In this document: piece after piece, positions 28,014 to 40,229 of the stretch
Layout: each line of letters starts with the position of its first letter
Numbering within the stretch: the first letter of the stretch is position 1
From: a virus
Strand: one strand, 5' to 3'
Length of the DNA stretch: 64,000 nucleotides
IMG/VR virus record: IMGVR_UViG_3300028196_000009
Made by a program: the position numbers and the translations under genes
Notes under the pieces: generated by a model
Seen by the model: the letters and a program-made list of their open reading frames with translations, nothing else
The model's database searches: none
What the model was told of the DNA's origin: nothing

Positions 28014-31000
28014 TAATCCGCTATTATTATTCTACTATTAACTCCATCAAATATTATGTTACCAGTATTTGAACCAACACCTCCGCCTGATACTACTGAA
28101 GTAATCTCGGTAAAGTCTGAGTTTGCTGTTCCAGAGCCATCATATTCAAAACTTCTTAAACTTGGTAAGTGAAAGAAAACGTCTCCTGCTATTGGGTTAT
28201 TTCCTGAGCCTCTTAAGTTACTAATTGCAGTATGCATAACACTCCCTGAAGGAACTGCCCCTGCTGCTAATCCACTAGTAGTGGAATCAAAAACAACTGC
28301 TTTACCTGCAGCACCTGCTGGACCTGTTGGTCCTACAGTACCTGTAGGGCCTGTATTACCCGCGCCGCCTGTAGGTCCTTGTACACCTTGTGGTCCTGTA
28401 TTACCTACTGGCCCAGTACCACCTACTGCTCCTGTTGGTCCTTGTAATCCTGTTGGGCCAGTATTACCTACTGCTCCTGTTGGTCCTTGACCACCTGTTG
28501 GGCCTTGTACACCCTGCCCACCTGTTATACCTCTTGGACCTGTTGGGCCTACTCCACCTGTTGGGCCTTGTACACCTTGTCCACCTGTTATACCTTGTGG
28601 TCCAGTATTACCTACTGCTCCTGTTGGGCCTTGTACACCCTGTCCGCCTGTTATACCTCTTGGACCTGTTGGACCTGCTCCACCTGTTGGTCCTTGAGGA
28701 CCTGCGCCACCTGTTGGACCTTGAGGACCTGCTCCACCTGTAGCTCCTTGTGGGCCTGTATTACCTACTGCTCCTGTCGGGCCTGCAGCACCTGTATTAC
28801 CTCTTGGACCTGTTGGACCTGGAGTAGTACCTGCTGGTCCTGTTGGGCCTCCGGGTCCTGTTGGGCCTGGGCCTCCTGTTGGTCCTGGAGTAGTACCCAC
28901 CGGTCCTGTTGGACCTGCTCCACCTGTTGGACCATTTGGTCCTTGTGGGCCTGTGTTACCTACTTGTCCTGCTGGACCTGTACCACCTGTTGGACCATTT
29001 GGTCCTTGTGGGCCTGTGTTACCTACTGGTCCTTGTGGTCCTGTATTACCTACTGGCCCTCTTGTTCCTTGTAGTCCTTGCGGGCCTGTTGCACCTGCAG
29101 CACCTGCTCCACCTGTATTACCTCTTGTTCCTTGTAGTCCTTGTGGGCCTGTACCACCAGCTGCACCTTGAGTTCCTTGTAGACCTCTTGTTCCTTGTAG
29201 TCCTTGTGGACCTGTACCACCTTGAGCACCTTGAGTTCCTTGTGGACCTCTTGTTCCTTGTATTCCTTGTGGGCCTGCTGTTCCTTGAGCACCTTGAGTT
29301 CCTTGTGGACCTCTTGTTCCTTGTATTCCTTGTGGGCCTGCTGTTCCTTGAGCACCTTGAGTTCCTTGTGGGCCTCTTGTTCCTTGTGGGCCTGTACCTC
29401 CTGTAGCTCCCTGAGGACCTGTGCCTCCTGTGGAACCTTGTGGACCTGTGCCTCCTGTGGAACCTTGTGGGCCTGTAGCACCATCTTGTACTATATGAGT
29501 TAGCATACTATAAGTACTACCACTTCTACTGATAGTTGCTAGTATACTGTCTTGAATAGAAGGTACAAAAGTTGGCTTAAATACATTTACACCACTATAG
29601 GCTCTATGTACTGACTGGTCTAAAAATAATTTTGTATTGCTTTCTATATATGATACGGATGCAAAAAATCTAGTTTCACCTGCCGCACCTATTATAATTC
29701 TATCTCCTACCGCAAATTCAGTAGTAAAGGTTGTACCACTTCCTGTAACTTCTGAATTATACTGACTTATAGTTACAGTTCCTGTTTGTTGTGTGACACC
29801 ATTATTAGATGCTCCTAGTTCTGCTACATACTCAAAATTGTAGAATATATCATCATTTCCTGATTCTACATTTGGACTTTTTGCAGCTGTATCTGTTTTT
29901 ATTTCTATTGCTTTGAAAGGATCAGATGTACTACTAAAGTCATGTACTAAAAATGCTTCTTTTCCATCTGCTAAACTTCCAAAAGCCGCTGATGTCTGGG
30001 CTGTTGTTCCTGAACTTACTTGAACTACATCTCCTAGCGTATTTGTGAAATCATAGGTTGTACTGGTAGTACTTACTAATCCCGAAGTAGAATTGATACT
30101 TATTCCCCCAGGCAGTGTACCGCCTTTTGAAATTTGACCAATTTTTGAAGTAGTACTTACTGGCACGGTTTGTGCTAGTTGGGATGTGTCTATCTCTCGT
30201 CTTATCCATTTTGAGAAATGACCAGAAGTATTTGTAAGTCTTACCAGTACTTCGCCTACTTTTTGTGCAGGATTATTTAAAATAAAAGAAGTATCTGTTG
30301 AAGGTACTATTTCTGTTCTAAATTTTCCTGTATCTCCGAAGTTATGTTTTACTTCGTAAGAATCTATAAATTCATATTTATTTTGTATTGCATTGCCGTC
30401 TTTATCTGTTCTGTTTGTGCTAGGATGTCCCCAAGTTATTGAAAGAGCTAGTCCTGATGATTCGGCTGCTTCTGTATCATTGTCTACTCTTTCTTGTTGA
30501 CTTGGAACCATTTTTATAGCTAAATCTGTAGGGAAAGGAACATCTTCGGTGTACCTAGGCATTCTTGCTACATCAGGTATTTCATCTATAACATATCCTC
30601 TATCTACTAATGCGAATTTATTTCTGTCAAACTCTACTGCTGATACAGTAAATATAGGCTCATCAGAATCTTCTTTTATATTTTGTATAATATACTCTTT
30701 TGCTGAACCATGTACTAATTGCCCGTCTGAATCTATCTCTACAATAGCCCACAAACTATGTTCTACAGGGGCACTCGTAAATGCACTATTTACAGTTATA
30801 CTACTTGAGTTATAACTTGAAACTTCTTGCTTCTCTACTCTAATATCTCCTGACCAGTACAAATCTAATGCATTACCTGCATCATCTACAGCATTAACCA
30901 TTATTTCTTCAGAAGTAACTGCAGTATTTGCTCCCGCAGGATTGTCTGCATATCTTATAAAATCGCCTTGCTTTCTCGCTTGTCCTCTTATAGTTGCTGT

Positions 31001-33427
31001 TTGCTGTTGTAAATAAGCTCCTCCTTCAGGAAACATTATTTCCATAAAATAAGTTGCTGTATTTGATAAGTCTACAGCTGAATCTATATTTATTACTGTG
31101 GTTGTAGAACTTGCTTTTGTTCTGCCCCCAAATCTTACATTATTTCTGTCTGCGTCCGCTACAGTTATAACATCTCCACTATTTAATAGAGATCCTTCTA
31201 TTCCAGTACTAAAACTAACTACATCAGTTTCTAATTGGTCAGTGAGTAAATGCCACTTACCATACCTAACTGCTTGTGCTTTACTAGTACAGCCAAAGGC
31301 TACTACGTCTTTCTTTTTAATCTTTCTAGTTTCAATTATATTGTCATAATCTTCTACTATCTCTACTGTCTTCTTATAAAAGGACTCAGGGTCATTCCAA
31401 GTTACATTTACTTGGTTGTATCTAAATCTGTTTCTTGTTGATTGGTAACTAAACTTGCCGTTTATAACATTTGACTTGTTAAAAGCTGCAATAGCATTTT
31501 TCACTCTATTCTGCTCAAATAGTATTTGACCATTTGACCAGGTCATCATACCTCTAAATATAGAAAGCATATCTTGTATAACTTTCATAGCTTCTGCTTG
31601 TTCTGTAAACCATACATTTGCTGTAAATCTAGGTTCTGAGCCGCCTTTCCCATCTGGTACAAGCTCATCGCAATATCTTGCTATTTTAAATAAAGAATAT
31701 TTATCGATATCAGTTGTATCTATATACTCTCCACAACCATATCTATTATTAGTAATTAAATCATAAAGTACCCAAGCTGGGTTATTAGAATAAACTTTTT
31801 GATGATTGGGGTGCGTAAAATCAAAAACATCTGTATCACCTCTAAAGTTACCATCCCATGCTACATAGTCTGTTCCTACTGCACCAGAAGTAATATTTCT
31901 AGTATAAGTTGCGGGCGATCCATTATAGGTTTCGTCCCCAGGGTTGTAGTTTGTAGGAACTTTAATTAATAGTCCTTTTGCATGATAGCCCCTATCAGGT
32001 ACGTTTCCGAAATCAGCTGCATTAAACATCATACTAGCATAGGCTGCTAGAGGATAATTTAAGTTATCATTTATAACCGATTCTATAGATTGCAGTCTTC
32101 CTGAATTATAGTGTGTAGTTTCTCCATGTTTTCTATTAATAGGAGTTATCGTTTGAACTTTTATTTGGAAATCTTCAAGAGGTTGATAAGGCTCTAAGTC
32201 TATATCAAATACTTCCACAAATGGATTTTTACATAGTGCTTCTACTGTTCCTGAAGATGAATAAGTCCACCCATGTACTCTTTTATTTGATTGTCTAGCT
32301 AATAATGTTGTATTAGTTGGTCCATACACTATTTCTTCTGTAAATTGTGCATCTCCAGGTTGTTTATACATTAAAATTATTCTATGTTCTACTGCTGCAG
32401 GCCACTCTCTACCATTACTAGCTTTTACAGCATACATTTGGTCATACTGGAAAGTCATCTTAAGTCTATCTACTTCTGACTTTTGAGTACTTATATTCAT
32501 TTGTGTAGAAGTAATTACTGTGTTTGCGCCACTCCAAGTAGCCGTTTCGTCTCCTTCAGTTTTATATCCATAAGCTGTATAACTATTACTTAGTCCAATA
32601 GCACTTAAATCAGTAGTACTAATAGGTTTTGCTAAATTAGATATAACAGATGCACTTCCAATGTCTGCTGGAGTTGCTAAGTGTCCTTGATTCCTTTCTC
32701 CAGTTTTAAAAGCATATTTAACATTATTAAAATTATATTCTCCATTCTGTTGGAATTTTAAATTTATAGGAGTAGTCATAAAAGAAGCAGTATTTGCTAT
32801 ATTTCTATCGACGGTTGCTTGTGTTACTGCAACATTTGCATTAGTTTTACTTACTACTTCTGTATATAAATCTATGTCACCTACAAGTCCTGAATTAGTT
32901 ATATCTGGAGCAGGAGTGATTTCTACTGAAGTTGCGCTATTATACTTTGTAATTCTACAAACATGAGTTGATTTTTCTAATCCACCCTCTTTTATTCGTA
33001 AAAACTGTTCACCATTCGGCCCTTTCATTACGTCACTAGTGTCAAAGCCTCCTGAAGAGGTTATTGTTGGGTCACCTGCTGTTAAAGAAATACCAGTTAT
33101 TTGTTTTTTGGCACCCTCGACTCTTATATAATATTCTCCATATATACTATCAAAGTTTGCAAACATACCACTACCTGTATTATCAGTTATAGTATGATTA
33201 CTCGCATTGTAGGTTACGTCAAAGCTTTCTTTTGGATTGTGTGAATCTTTGTAACTATTATTTAGAACTTGTGTAGTATCTAAGTATATAGATGACGCAC
33301 CATTTATAAGTCCATGAATAGGACCTTCAGATATTAAATCATAGACAACGACTGACTGCTCCTGATTAGGACTTCTACGTCTACTTCTTGCTACACCTAT
33401 TGGGTTACCTGCTGCTTTACTTGCCAT
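28013..33427 (-). CDS. Central tail fibre / tip attachment protein J with C-terminal collagen-like domain
   Basis: [58 protein letters not shown]; start corrected to ATG 33427. Confidence 0.9.
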   Translation of the reverse strand: MASKAAGNPIGVARSRRRSPNQEQSVVVYDLISEGPIHGLINGASSIYLDTTQVLNNSYKDSHNPKESFDVTYNASNHTITDNTGSGMFANFDSIYGEYYIRVEGAKKQITGISLTAGDPTITSSGGFDTSDVMKGPNGEQFLRIKEGGLEKSTHVCRITKYNSATSVEITPAPDITNSGLVGDIDLYTEVVSKTNANVAVTQATVDRNIANTASFMTTPINLKFQQNGEYNFNNVKYAFKTGERNQGHLATPADIGSASVISNLAKPISTTDLSAIGLSNSYTAYGYKTEGDETATWSGANTVITSTQMNISTQKSEVDRLKMTFQYDQMYAVKASNGREWPAAVEHRIILMYKQPGDAQFTEEIVYGPTNTTLLARQSNKRVHGWTYSSSGTVEALCKNPFVEVFDIDLEPYQPLEDFQIKVQTITPINRKHGETTHYNSGRLQSIESVINDNLNYPLAAYASMMFNAADFGNVPDRGYHAKGLLIKVPTNYNPGDETYNGSPATYTRNITSGAVGTDYVAWDGNFRGDTDVFDFTHPNHQKVYSNNPAWVLYDLITNNRYGCGEYIDTTDIDKYSLFKIARYCDELVPDGKGGSEPRFTANVWFTEQAEAMKVIQDMLSIFRGMMTWSNGQILFEQNRVKNAIAAFNKSNVINGKFSYQSTRNRFRYNQVNVTWNDPESFYKKTVEIVEDYDNIIETRKIKKKDVVAFGCTSKAQAVRYGKWHLLTDQLETDVVSFSTGIEGSLLNSGDVITVADADRNNVRFGGRTKASSTTTVINIDSAVDLSNTATYFMEIMFPEGGAYLQQQTATIRGQARKQGDFIRYADNPAGANTAVTSEEIMVNAVDDAGNALDLYWSGDIRVEKQEVSSYNSSSITVNSAFTSAPVEHSLWAIVEIDSDGQLVHGSAKEYIIQNIKEDSDEPIFTVSAVEFDRNKFALVDRGYVIDEIPDVARMPRYTEDVPFPTDLAIKMVPSQQERVDNDTEAAESSGLALSITWGHPSTNRTDKDGNAIQNKYEFIDSYEVKHNFGDTGKFRTEIVPSTDTSFILNNPAQKVGEVLVRLTNTSGHFSKWIRREIDTSQLAQTVPVSTTSKIGQISKGGTLPGGISINSTSGLVSTTSTTYDFTNTLGDVVQVSSGTTAQTSAAFGSLADGKEAFLVHDFSSTSDPFKAIEIKTDTAAKSPNVESGNDDIFYNFEYVAELGASNNGVTQQTGTVTISQYNSEVTGSGTTFTTEFAVGDRIIIGAAGETRFFASVSYIESNTKLFLDQSVHRAYSGVNVFKPTFVPSIQDSILATISRSGSTYSMLTHIVQDGATGPQGSTGGTGPQGSTGGTGPQGATGGTGPQGTRGPQGTQGAQGTAGPQGIQGTRGPQGTQGAQGTAGPQGIQGTRGPQGTQGAQGGTGPQGLQGTRGLQGTQGAAGGTGPQGLQGTRGNTGGAGAAGATGPQGLQGTRGPVGNTGPQGPVGNTGPQGPNGPTGGTGPAGQVGNTGPQGPNGPTGGAGPTGPVGTTPGPTGGPGPTGPGGPTGPAGTTPGPTGPRGNTGAAGPTGAVGNTGPQGATGGAGPQGPTGGAGPQGPTGGAGPTGPRGITGGQGVQGPTGAVGNTGPQGITGGQGVQGPTGGVGPTGPRGITGGQGVQGPTGGQGPTGAVGNTGPTGLQGPTGAVGGTGPVGNTGPQGVQGPTGGAGNTGPTGTVGPTGPAGAAGKAVVFDSTTSGLAAGAVPSGSVMHTAISNLRGSGNNPIAGDVFFHLPSLRSFEYDGSGTANSDFTEITSVVSGGGVGSNTGNIIFDGVNSRIIIAD
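28298..29482 (-). repeat. Collagen-like Gly-X-Y repeat, 131 triplets with two GTTP interruptions
   Basis: 395 codons counted from DGATGPQ to GAAGKA. Confidence 0.95.
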
Positions 33428-33431
33428 AATT

Positions 33432-34169
33432 TTACCTTTGTTGTATTGCTCTTGTGCCGCCACCGCCACCTGAACCGCCGCCTGAGCCGCCACCGCCACC
33501 GGCTGCACCTCCAGAAGACCCTCCATAAGAGTAGCCTCCGACTGTTCCATTAATTTTTGTATCTTTTAATCCGTAGTTTATTGTTACTCCAGGTACTATT
33601 AGTTCGCCATAAAGTACAGGAACTGGACTACCCATTTTTACGTTTTCTTGTGCGTTACCAAATAAGTAACTATCTGGAGAGTTTCCAGGTGTTTGTGGTG
33701 TTAGATAATCTGTTAGACCCTTTAGTGCTAACATACCTCCAACTGAAGCTATAGCAAGCATTGCTGTAAGCCCTGCTCCTGTTTCTATTGCTAATGCCCA
33801 AGTATATCCTGAAGTACTTGTTAAAAATCCTAAAATTTGAGGTGCAAATATAATTAAAGCTATACCAATAATTATTTTAACTACGTCACCTAATCCCGCA
33901 CCTGCAGGGACTGGAGTAATATATACTGTATCTTTTATTACAGGAAGAAACATATCTGCTATGTCATCTTCTGTCTCTACAAGTAATTGGTCTCCGTGAA
34001 CTATCTCTAGTCCTACATTATCTTGTTCTACTAAATCTTTTAAATATTCGGCAAATCCGTCTGTTTGGGCTTCTATAAGTTTAAGAATATCTCGCATGTT
34101 GTTATCCGCAGATACCCAATCTGTTCCAAACTTCTCTCCCATTTCTCCCATTAATTTAACTTTCACCAT
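33432..34169 (-). CDS. Tail assembly protein I-like (ubiquitin-like N-domain), Gly-rich C-terminus
   Basis: [37 protein letters not shown]; start corrected to ATG 34169. Confidence 0.8.
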   Translation of the reverse strand: MVKVKLMGEMGEKFGTDWVSADNNMRDILKLIEAQTDGFAEYLKDLVEQDNVGLEIVHGDQLLVETEDDIADMFLPVIKDTVYITPVPAGAGLGDVVKIIIGIALIIFAPQILGFLTSTSGYTWALAIETGAGLTAMLAIASVGGMLALKGLTDYLTPQTPGNSPDSYLFGNAQENVKMGSPVPVLYGELIVPGVTINYGLKDTKINGTVGGYSYGGSSGGAAGGGGGSGGGSGGGGGTRAIQQR

Positions 34170-34473
34170 AAATACAAACCTCCTTTTCTGGGTATGATAC
34201 AATCATGTATGGAATACCGATTGCCTTACAAGACTTTTTATCTTGGTCACTTGGATTACATTTTGAGTCATAGTGACTATGGACTACATATTTTATTTTT
34301 GAAATGAGTTGATACTTTACAAAAGTCTTTGGGTCAATTTTAAACTCATTTAATTTATTCTCCGCAAAATTTTTACATTCTATAAATTCTTCATTTCCAT
34401 CTCTTTCAATAACTAAACCACACATTTCTTCAGGTGCTGCTTTTTCCGCTGCTTTATAAATAAAATCTAACAT
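34156..34473 (-). CDS. Tail assembly protein K-like JAB/MPN domain protein (no NlpC/P60 domain)
   Basis: PEEMCGL and HSH..PS.QD JAMM motif. Confidence 0.85.
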   Translation of the reverse strand: MLDFIYKAAEKAAPEEMCGLVIERDGNEEFIECKNFAENKLNEFKIDPKTFVKYQLISKIKYVVHSHYDSKCNPSDQDKKSCKAIGIPYMIVSYPEKEVCIYGES

Positions 34474-35789
34474 TAATCAAACCTCTTACTTCCTGGAAAT
34501 GCTCCAAAAGGTAAAGTTGCAGTATTAAGTTCATCTGCTTTTGGGTTTGAACTAGCACTTGAAAGATCACTAGGAGATGCATTGAATCTACGACTACAAG
34601 AACTTAATCTCTTTCCACAAATATCTCCTTTTTTCCAATAAGCACCAAAGCCTGGAGTATTTCCTGTATTAGTAGTTTTTGCCTGCCACAAACTATATCC
34701 TGTAGCTTCCCATGCTGTATTTGCACTTACATAAGTCCAATCCATAGCATAAAAAGATGCAGTAGCTCCATTACTAGGAGTACTAGGGAATCCGAGAGTG
34801 GTAGGAGGATTTACTATTTCTGTTTTTCTGACATAGTTATTATATCTATCATCTGTATAAGCATAGTAAGTTGTACTGGCATTATAGTCATCATAGACTG
34901 CTGCTCTTACAAAGTTGGAATTATTTTCTGAAGGAGTCCCTTTTGAAGCTTTAGTCCCTGAACTTCTTGCTTGCCAATAACTTGGTTGCGTTACTGATGT
35001 ATAGCTTCCATCTGCATTCATGCGCACAACTGTTTGATTATAAGAGTATAAAGTATTTATAGTTACGTTCCCAGTTAGAGAATCCCAACTAACTACGCCA
35101 CTATTAGGTAAAATGTAATGATCATCTTGATTAACATAAAGTGCAAACTTAGTTGCAGAACCTTTTCTATACTCTCCATGAGTATGCCAACTACATCCAC
35201 CTATTTTTTGACTTTCTTTTCTAGTAGGACTTGCACCTTGATATTCCCATGCACATCCGTTTCCTACAATAGTTCTCTTTGGAACCATTACTCCGTCTAA
35301 ATCAAAAGGTGCATTAAGTTCAAACTCTACACTCATGGCGTCTTCACTAGATACTTTATCTATAATCCATACTTCTCTTGAAAATTCTACTGGTGTATTA
35401 CCTGACTCAGTATCGGCACTGCCATCTTTTAAATACTTATCCATAGTAGTTCTTCTAACTATTTTTTGACCTAATAAACTATGAAAATCACTTCCTATTG
35501 CTTTTTTAAAACTTACTTCTGGGTTTGTACTGTCTGTAGATGTAGATACATTTAATTTAGGTCTTGCAATAGCACCCGCTTGATTTTTCTCAAATCCATC
35601 TGCATGAATTGGTAAAGTATAGTATGTATTTAACTGTGAGTTATCATCATAGTCATACATTTGTATAGGACTATTATTTGCATGATTATAAGAACTAAAT
35701 CGTACAATACTGCCATCTGCTTTCTCTATTTCATACATATGTACAAGAGTGCCGGGAGTTAATGTTGTAAGTGCTGCTATTAAACTCAT
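34473..35789 (-). CDS. Minor tail protein L-like, four Fe-S ligand Cys
   Basis: LPIHADGFE, RRTTMDKYL, FELNAPFDL..PKR, C-x-W-x-Y..C and C.KRLSSC..RF..LPFGAFPG. Confidence 0.85.
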   Translation of the reverse strand: MSLIAALTTLTPGTLVHMYEIEKADGSIVRFSSYNHANNSPIQMYDYDDNSQLNTYYTLPIHADGFEKNQAGAIARPKLNVSTSTDSTNPEVSFKKAIGSDFHSLLGQKIVRRTTMDKYLKDGSADTESGNTPVEFSREVWIIDKVSSEDAMSVEFELNAPFDLDGVMVPKRTIVGNGCAWEYQGASPTRKESQKIGGCSWHTHGEYRKGSATKFALYVNQDDHYILPNSGVVSWDSLTGNVTINTLYSYNQTVVRMNADGSYTSVTQPSYWQARSSGTKASKGTPSENNSNFVRAAVYDDYNASTTYYAYTDDRYNNYVRKTEIVNPPTTLGFPSTPSNGATASFYAMDWTYVSANTAWEATGYSLWQAKTTNTGNTPGFGAYWKKGDICGKRLSSCSRRFNASPSDLSSASSNPKADELNTATLPFGAFPGSKRFD

Positions 35790-36154
35790 TATTCGTAAAC
35801 TCTCACTAATTTTAATTTTAAATCGTAATAATCATCATACGCCCAAGACTGACCCCAGTCAGAGCATAAAACTTTAACTGTAGTCTCACTACCATCTTCT
35901 GAATATGTAAAGTTAAAAGAATCTATTCCGCCTTTTGTTTCTAAAAAGTTTGTTATCTGGTCTATATCTTCTTTTGTTCTATTTGCAAAACTTAGAGAAA
36001 AATTTTGGTCTAATCTATTAATACCGTTCCCAACTCTCTGCATATACCCATCGCCAAATTGCGCTATATGAACTCTTGTTGTATTTTGTCTAGTGAATCC
36101 TTTATCAGGTACTGCTTGTCCGAGGCTTCCGCCCACGCTAAATCCTATTGCCAT
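35789..36154 (-). CDS. Minor tail protein M-like (distal tail)
   Basis: AQFGDGYMQR..GIN, FLETKGGIDSF. Confidence 0.85.
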   Translation of the reverse strand: MAIGFSVGGSLGQAVPDKGFTRQNTTRVHIAQFGDGYMQRVGNGINRLDQNFSLSFANRTKEDIDQITNFLETKGGIDSFNFTYSEDGSETTVKVLCSDWGQSWAYDDYYDLKLKLVRVYE

Positions 36155-39100
36155 TAGTAGTTACTTAACAGGCCTCCTGTCCTCTGCTGTTTAACAATCT
36201 CTTGTTGTACAGCCGCTGCGATACTGCTTCCAAATGCTTTTGCCTTTTCGCCTTCCATTTTAACATCTGTTCCACCGTCGCTCATATTTATAGTAACAGC
36301 AACATTATTAGTACCGCCACCACCACTTAACATTTTTACTGGTATTTCTTTATCATTTCCTAAAGGTACGACTGCTTCTGTTCCATGTAGTGTTGCAGGA
36401 TATCCACCTTCTGGTCCATCTGCTATTCCACCACTTCTATATGAACGATAGCCTCCATTACCACCTTTTTGCATAATTCCGCCTTGTCTTGCATCAGTTC
36501 CTCCTAAGAGACCTGATAGAGCTGCTCCTGCACCTGGATTTACCATTCCTACCATTGCCATTAACATATTTAAGATAAGCTGTTTAATTATCATTTTTGT
36601 AATATCTGCTACAATAGAGATTGCCATATCTCCAAAAGCTTGTTTTAATGTTTTTGTACCTTTTGCAACATCAACTAATGCGCCTGCCATATCATTAGCA
36701 AGACCTTCTGTTAATCTTTTTGAAATGCCTTCTTGTAATTTTAACATTGCATTTACTTTTTCTATTTCTAATGCTTGTGCTGCATAGGCTTCTGTCTGTT
36801 TTCTAATCACATCTTCTTTAAATCTAGCTGCGTCTCCTTCAGAAACTCCTGCACCTAATGCTTCTTGTTCTGCTAACGCTCCTTTTGCTGTTATATCGTC
36901 TCTTTTACCTAGTACGAAGTCTCTTTGTTTATTAAAGAAAGAGTTTCCAAAACTTCCTAACTCTAGTCTTGATTGTGAATTGTCTATTCCTTCTTGACTT
37001 CTACCTAAAGCTGTCATAATTAATTCTTTTTGTATATCTAGTTCCTTTTGTGCAAGGTCTACTTTTTCTTGTGCAATATCTCTTTGTCTTATTAAATCAT
37101 CAAGTACTAATCCGTTTTGTTTTGCATAAGTTTGGTTTGCGATTAATTTTGCTGCATCTAACTCATTAGTATTTGTTGCGAGAGTATTTGCTTTTTGTGC
37201 AAGTTTAATTCTTGTTTCTTCGCCTACTTTTTCTTCTCTATTTAGTAGTATACTTGCATCTAAAGAATCCAGTTTTAATTTAAGATTACTTTTTCTTATT
37301 CTTTCTTCTTCATCTATATTTTCTACTATTTTTTTGTCTATCTCTAACAATACGTCTGCGTTTCCTATGTCTTTACCAATTTGCACTGCGTCAGCTGTTT
37401 GATCTGTACCCATTTGCGTGGTAGTATTATCAAATTTTTCTAACATAGCTGGGTTATTTAACTGTTCCCCTGCCATTCTCGCTAGTACATCTTGTACCGC
37501 TTTTTTTGTATCTTCTCTTTTATAGTTTTCCCCTTCCAGAAGGTTCTGGAAGTAAGCTTTTACTTCGTCTTCGTTTCTAAGAGAAGTTCCTAGTGCGGCA
37601 TTAATTCCATCTAAACCTAATTGAGTACCTGATGCGTTAATAAGGTCTTTTACTTGACTGTCAAGATTCAGCTGAAAATTCATATTGTCATTTGTTTTAA
37701 ATGCATTAAGAGTCGTTAAATTAGACTCTGCACCCTGTGCATACTTTTTAAATATACCTCTTTGTGCGATTGGAATTGACATTTCTGAATTTGCTTTTTC
37801 ACGAGCTGCAAATGCTCCTGTTCCCATAGAACCATCTGTAGGATCTGTAATAGTCTGTATTGATTTTTGTAAAGCGGTAAACTTACTTGTAGGAGTTCCT
37901 GATATTAACCCTTGCAGAGCTTTAGAAACTGATTGTAATTGTTCTGGCATTTGATCTAAAGCCATACCTATTGCCATAAAACTATCTGCGACTGTTAATA
38001 AGGGTTTTGCCATATCTTTATCAATTAATGTACCATCAAACATACCCATAAGTGGTTTCATTTCTGGTACAATTGCAGATAATGCCATTGCAGTTTGTCT
38101 ATATCCGTCTACTACTGATTTATCTGCTCCACCTCTTATTGCCTCATTATATTTTCCTATTAGATCTGCTATATCAGTACTTTTTAAAGCATTTGCTACT
38201 TGTGTTACTGACTCTATAGAAGTAGTTAATAATCCTAAATCAGAAACCGCTTTCATTCTAACTAATTCATCAGTTAATGTCGTCAAAAGCTTTGTTGTTT
38301 CTTCCATTTCTTCTTCAAATTTTGTTAAACCTTCATCTGTTTTTTTAAAAAATTGTCTAAAAGCATCGATTGCAATAAATATTAAACTTATCCAACCAAA
38401 AGCACCCATTAATTTTGACATAGCTTTAGTAGCAAAAGAAGCTCCTCTTGCTATAGTAGCAAACAGACTATTAAACCCAGCTTTTGATTTTTGTACATAA
38501 ACATTAGTTGCTATACCTAGTTGTTTATATTCTAACTTGGCTTTGGTCATACTACCTTTTAGTCCTAATTCTTGGTGTTTAATATATCTGTCAAATTTTG
38601 CTCTTTCTTGTGCATTAAAATTATTTAACATATGACCTTTTTGTTTTAAATGTCTTTTTAGTACTCCAAGTTCTTTTGCATTTAATTTTTTACCTGCTGC
38701 TGCTTTTTTCATAGTAGCACTTTGTCCAGCCATATCCATACCTGATAACATGCCTTGTATACCGCCTCTACCACTATCCTGAAATTGTTGCATACCTTCT
38801 GCACTTAATGAACCACCGGATTTAAGATTACCAATTAATTTTGCATCGTCTCTAAGATTTTTAGCTAGAGCTCTACTGTTTGATGCTGCTTCTCCTGCTT
38901 TTTTGGCGAAAGCATCTAAAGGCCCTGTAGGTAGTATCTGACTGACAATAGGTGCTGCTAGTAATCCAAAGACTCCAATTAAACTTAATAAATTATCTTT
39001 TAAAAAATTAACTACAGGTATAACTACTTCAATTACGTTTACTTTAATGTCTTTCATCATATCATCAAATTCTTTAGCAAATTGTCCAAGAGCAAAAGCG

Positions 39101-39852
39101 TCTGGATCCATTATTTTTGCTATAGCTCCAAATTTTCTTTCTGCTTGGTCTAGTACTTCATTTGCTACTGCTTGTGATCTTTCAAACGCATTTAATTCAT
39201 TTCTAGTTTTTCCTATAGCTAACGCATATTTTTCAGTAGCAGGTTCTAATCTTAATATGATACCTAATTCATCTAATAGTTCGGGTTCTGCTTTCGTCAC
39301 ACCTCTTATTAATCTGTTAAAGGAATCTGTTAAATCTCTACCAAGTGCTAAAGAAGCATTTTTTGCTGCTGCTCCTAATGCTGTTAACTGTCCTCTTGCA
39401 AGTCCAGACGCAATACCAATAGCTGTAGCTTGTGCAGCTTCTTTAAATGTTAGCATATTATCTGTTGCTTGTTGTACCGACATGGTTATACTACCAAAAG
39501 CTTGCCCAGTTACAGCACCAAAAGCCTTTTGGCCTTCAATCATATTTCTGGTTTCCATTGCGTCTTGTAAAAATCTAAATGCTGCTGAAACGGCGAATAC
39601 CTGTGCAGCGATTGTTGCATAAATAGGCACAAGTCCTCCACCAATAGTTTGGGCTTGTTTTGAAAATGCTTTTGTTGAGTTTGATGTTTGTTGTGATAGG
39701 GATTTTAGTCTTCTGTCGCTTTCTTGTACATTCTTTGCGACTGAACCAACGTCTTTTCCAGCCTTCTTCGCGTTTTTACCTAGATTCTTTAACGAACCAC
39801 CATCGGTAATTTTAACCTTAACTTCACCGCCATCTACTTTTTTTCCTGCCAT
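36154..39852 (-). CDS. Tape measure protein
   Basis: 1232 aa, helical Ala/Lys-rich; N-terminus of T5 pb2 type (LIRGVTKAEPELLDELGI); C-terminal GGIADGP..HGTEAVVPL. Confidence 0.9.
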   Translation of the reverse strand: MAGKKVDGGEVKVKITDGGSLKNLGKNAKKAGKDVGSVAKNVQESDRRLKSLSQQTSNSTKAFSKQAQTIGGGLVPIYATIAAQVFAVSAAFRFLQDAMETRNMIEGQKAFGAVTGQAFGSITMSVQQATDNMLTFKEAAQATAIGIASGLARGQLTALGAAAKNASLALGRDLTDSFNRLIRGVTKAEPELLDELGIILRLEPATEKYALAIGKTRNELNAFERSQAVANEVLDQAERKFGAIAKIMDPDAFALGQFAKEFDDMMKDIKVNVIEVVIPVVNFLKDNLLSLIGVFGLLAAPIVSQILPTGPLDAFAKKAGEAASNSRALAKNLRDDAKLIGNLKSGGSLSAEGMQQFQDSGRGGIQGMLSGMDMAGQSATMKKAAAGKKLNAKELGVLKRHLKQKGHMLNNFNAQERAKFDRYIKHQELGLKGSMTKAKLEYKQLGIATNVYVQKSKAGFNSLFATIARGASFATKAMSKLMGAFGWISLIFIAIDAFRQFFKKTDEGLTKFEEEMEETTKLLTTLTDELVRMKAVSDLGLLTTSIESVTQVANALKSTDIADLIGKYNEAIRGGADKSVVDGYRQTAMALSAIVPEMKPLMGMFDGTLIDKDMAKPLLTVADSFMAIGMALDQMPEQLQSVSKALQGLISGTPTSKFTALQKSIQTITDPTDGSMGTGAFAAREKANSEMSIPIAQRGIFKKYAQGAESNLTTLNAFKTNDNMNFQLNLDSQVKDLINASGTQLGLDGINAALGTSLRNEDEVKAYFQNLLEGENYKREDTKKAVQDVLARMAGEQLNNPAMLEKFDNTTTQMGTDQTADAVQIGKDIGNADVLLEIDKKIVENIDEEERIRKSNLKLKLDSLDASILLNREEKVGEETRIKLAQKANTLATNTNELDAAKLIANQTYAKQNGLVLDDLIRQRDIAQEKVDLAQKELDIQKELIMTALGRSQEGIDNSQSRLELGSFGNSFFNKQRDFVLGKRDDITAKGALAEQEALGAGVSEGDAARFKEDVIRKQTEAYAAQALEIEKVNAMLKLQEGISKRLTEGLANDMAGALVDVAKGTKTLKQAFGDMAISIVADITKMIIKQLILNMLMAMVGMVNPGAGAALSGLLGGTDARQGGIMQKGGNGGYRSYRSGGIADGPEGGYPATLHGTEAVVPLGNDKEIPVKMLSGGGGTNNVAVTINMSDGGTDVKMEGEKAKAFGSSIAAAVQQEIVKQQRTGGLLSNY

Positions 39853-40229
39853 TATTTTTTACGCTTTCTCTCTTGCATCATTCTTTCGTTTATTGAACGA
39901 CTGTTGAGAGCTTCGATGTTTTTTAGCCAAAAAACACATTGTTTCTTGTCTTCAACTTCATATATATCTATTATTGTTCCTAATGCTGATAAATCTTTTC
40001 CAAAATAAGACCCAGACATTCCATCCCATCTATCGGGAAGCATGTCATGAATTGAAAATGCTATTTGTACCTCGTATGGCAATTCGCCACGAGACGGAGG
40101 CATTTTAGCGGGATCAGGTTCCTGTCCTAATTGTTCACATACTCTTAGATACTTATCTAAGTCTATGTCATTTTTAAAAAATCTTTCTAAATCCGCAAGT
40201 AGTAATGTTACTTGCGTTCTGTAAAATTT
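39852..40229 (-). CDS. Tail assembly chaperone GT extension, reached by -1 frameshift
   Basis: The -1 frame is open from the slippery site through YRTQVTLLLADLERFFKND...MPPSRGELP; stop codon just upstream of the site. Confidence 0.75.
   Translation of the reverse strand, partial: KFYRTQVTLLLADLERFFKNDIDLDKYLRVCEQLGQEPDPAKMPPSRGELPYEVQIAFSIHDMLPDRWDGMSGSYFGKDLSALGTIIDIYEVEDKKQCVFWLKNIEALNSRSINERMMQERKRKK

Noticed and set aside
28281-29503. Multiple overlapping ORFs across the collagen region
   Set aside because: Periodic GGN-CCN codons lack stops in other frames; not credible genes
33428-33550. ORF-track upstream start for J
   Set aside because: Reads the Gly-rich tail of gene I in another frame; ATG 33427 follows the I stop
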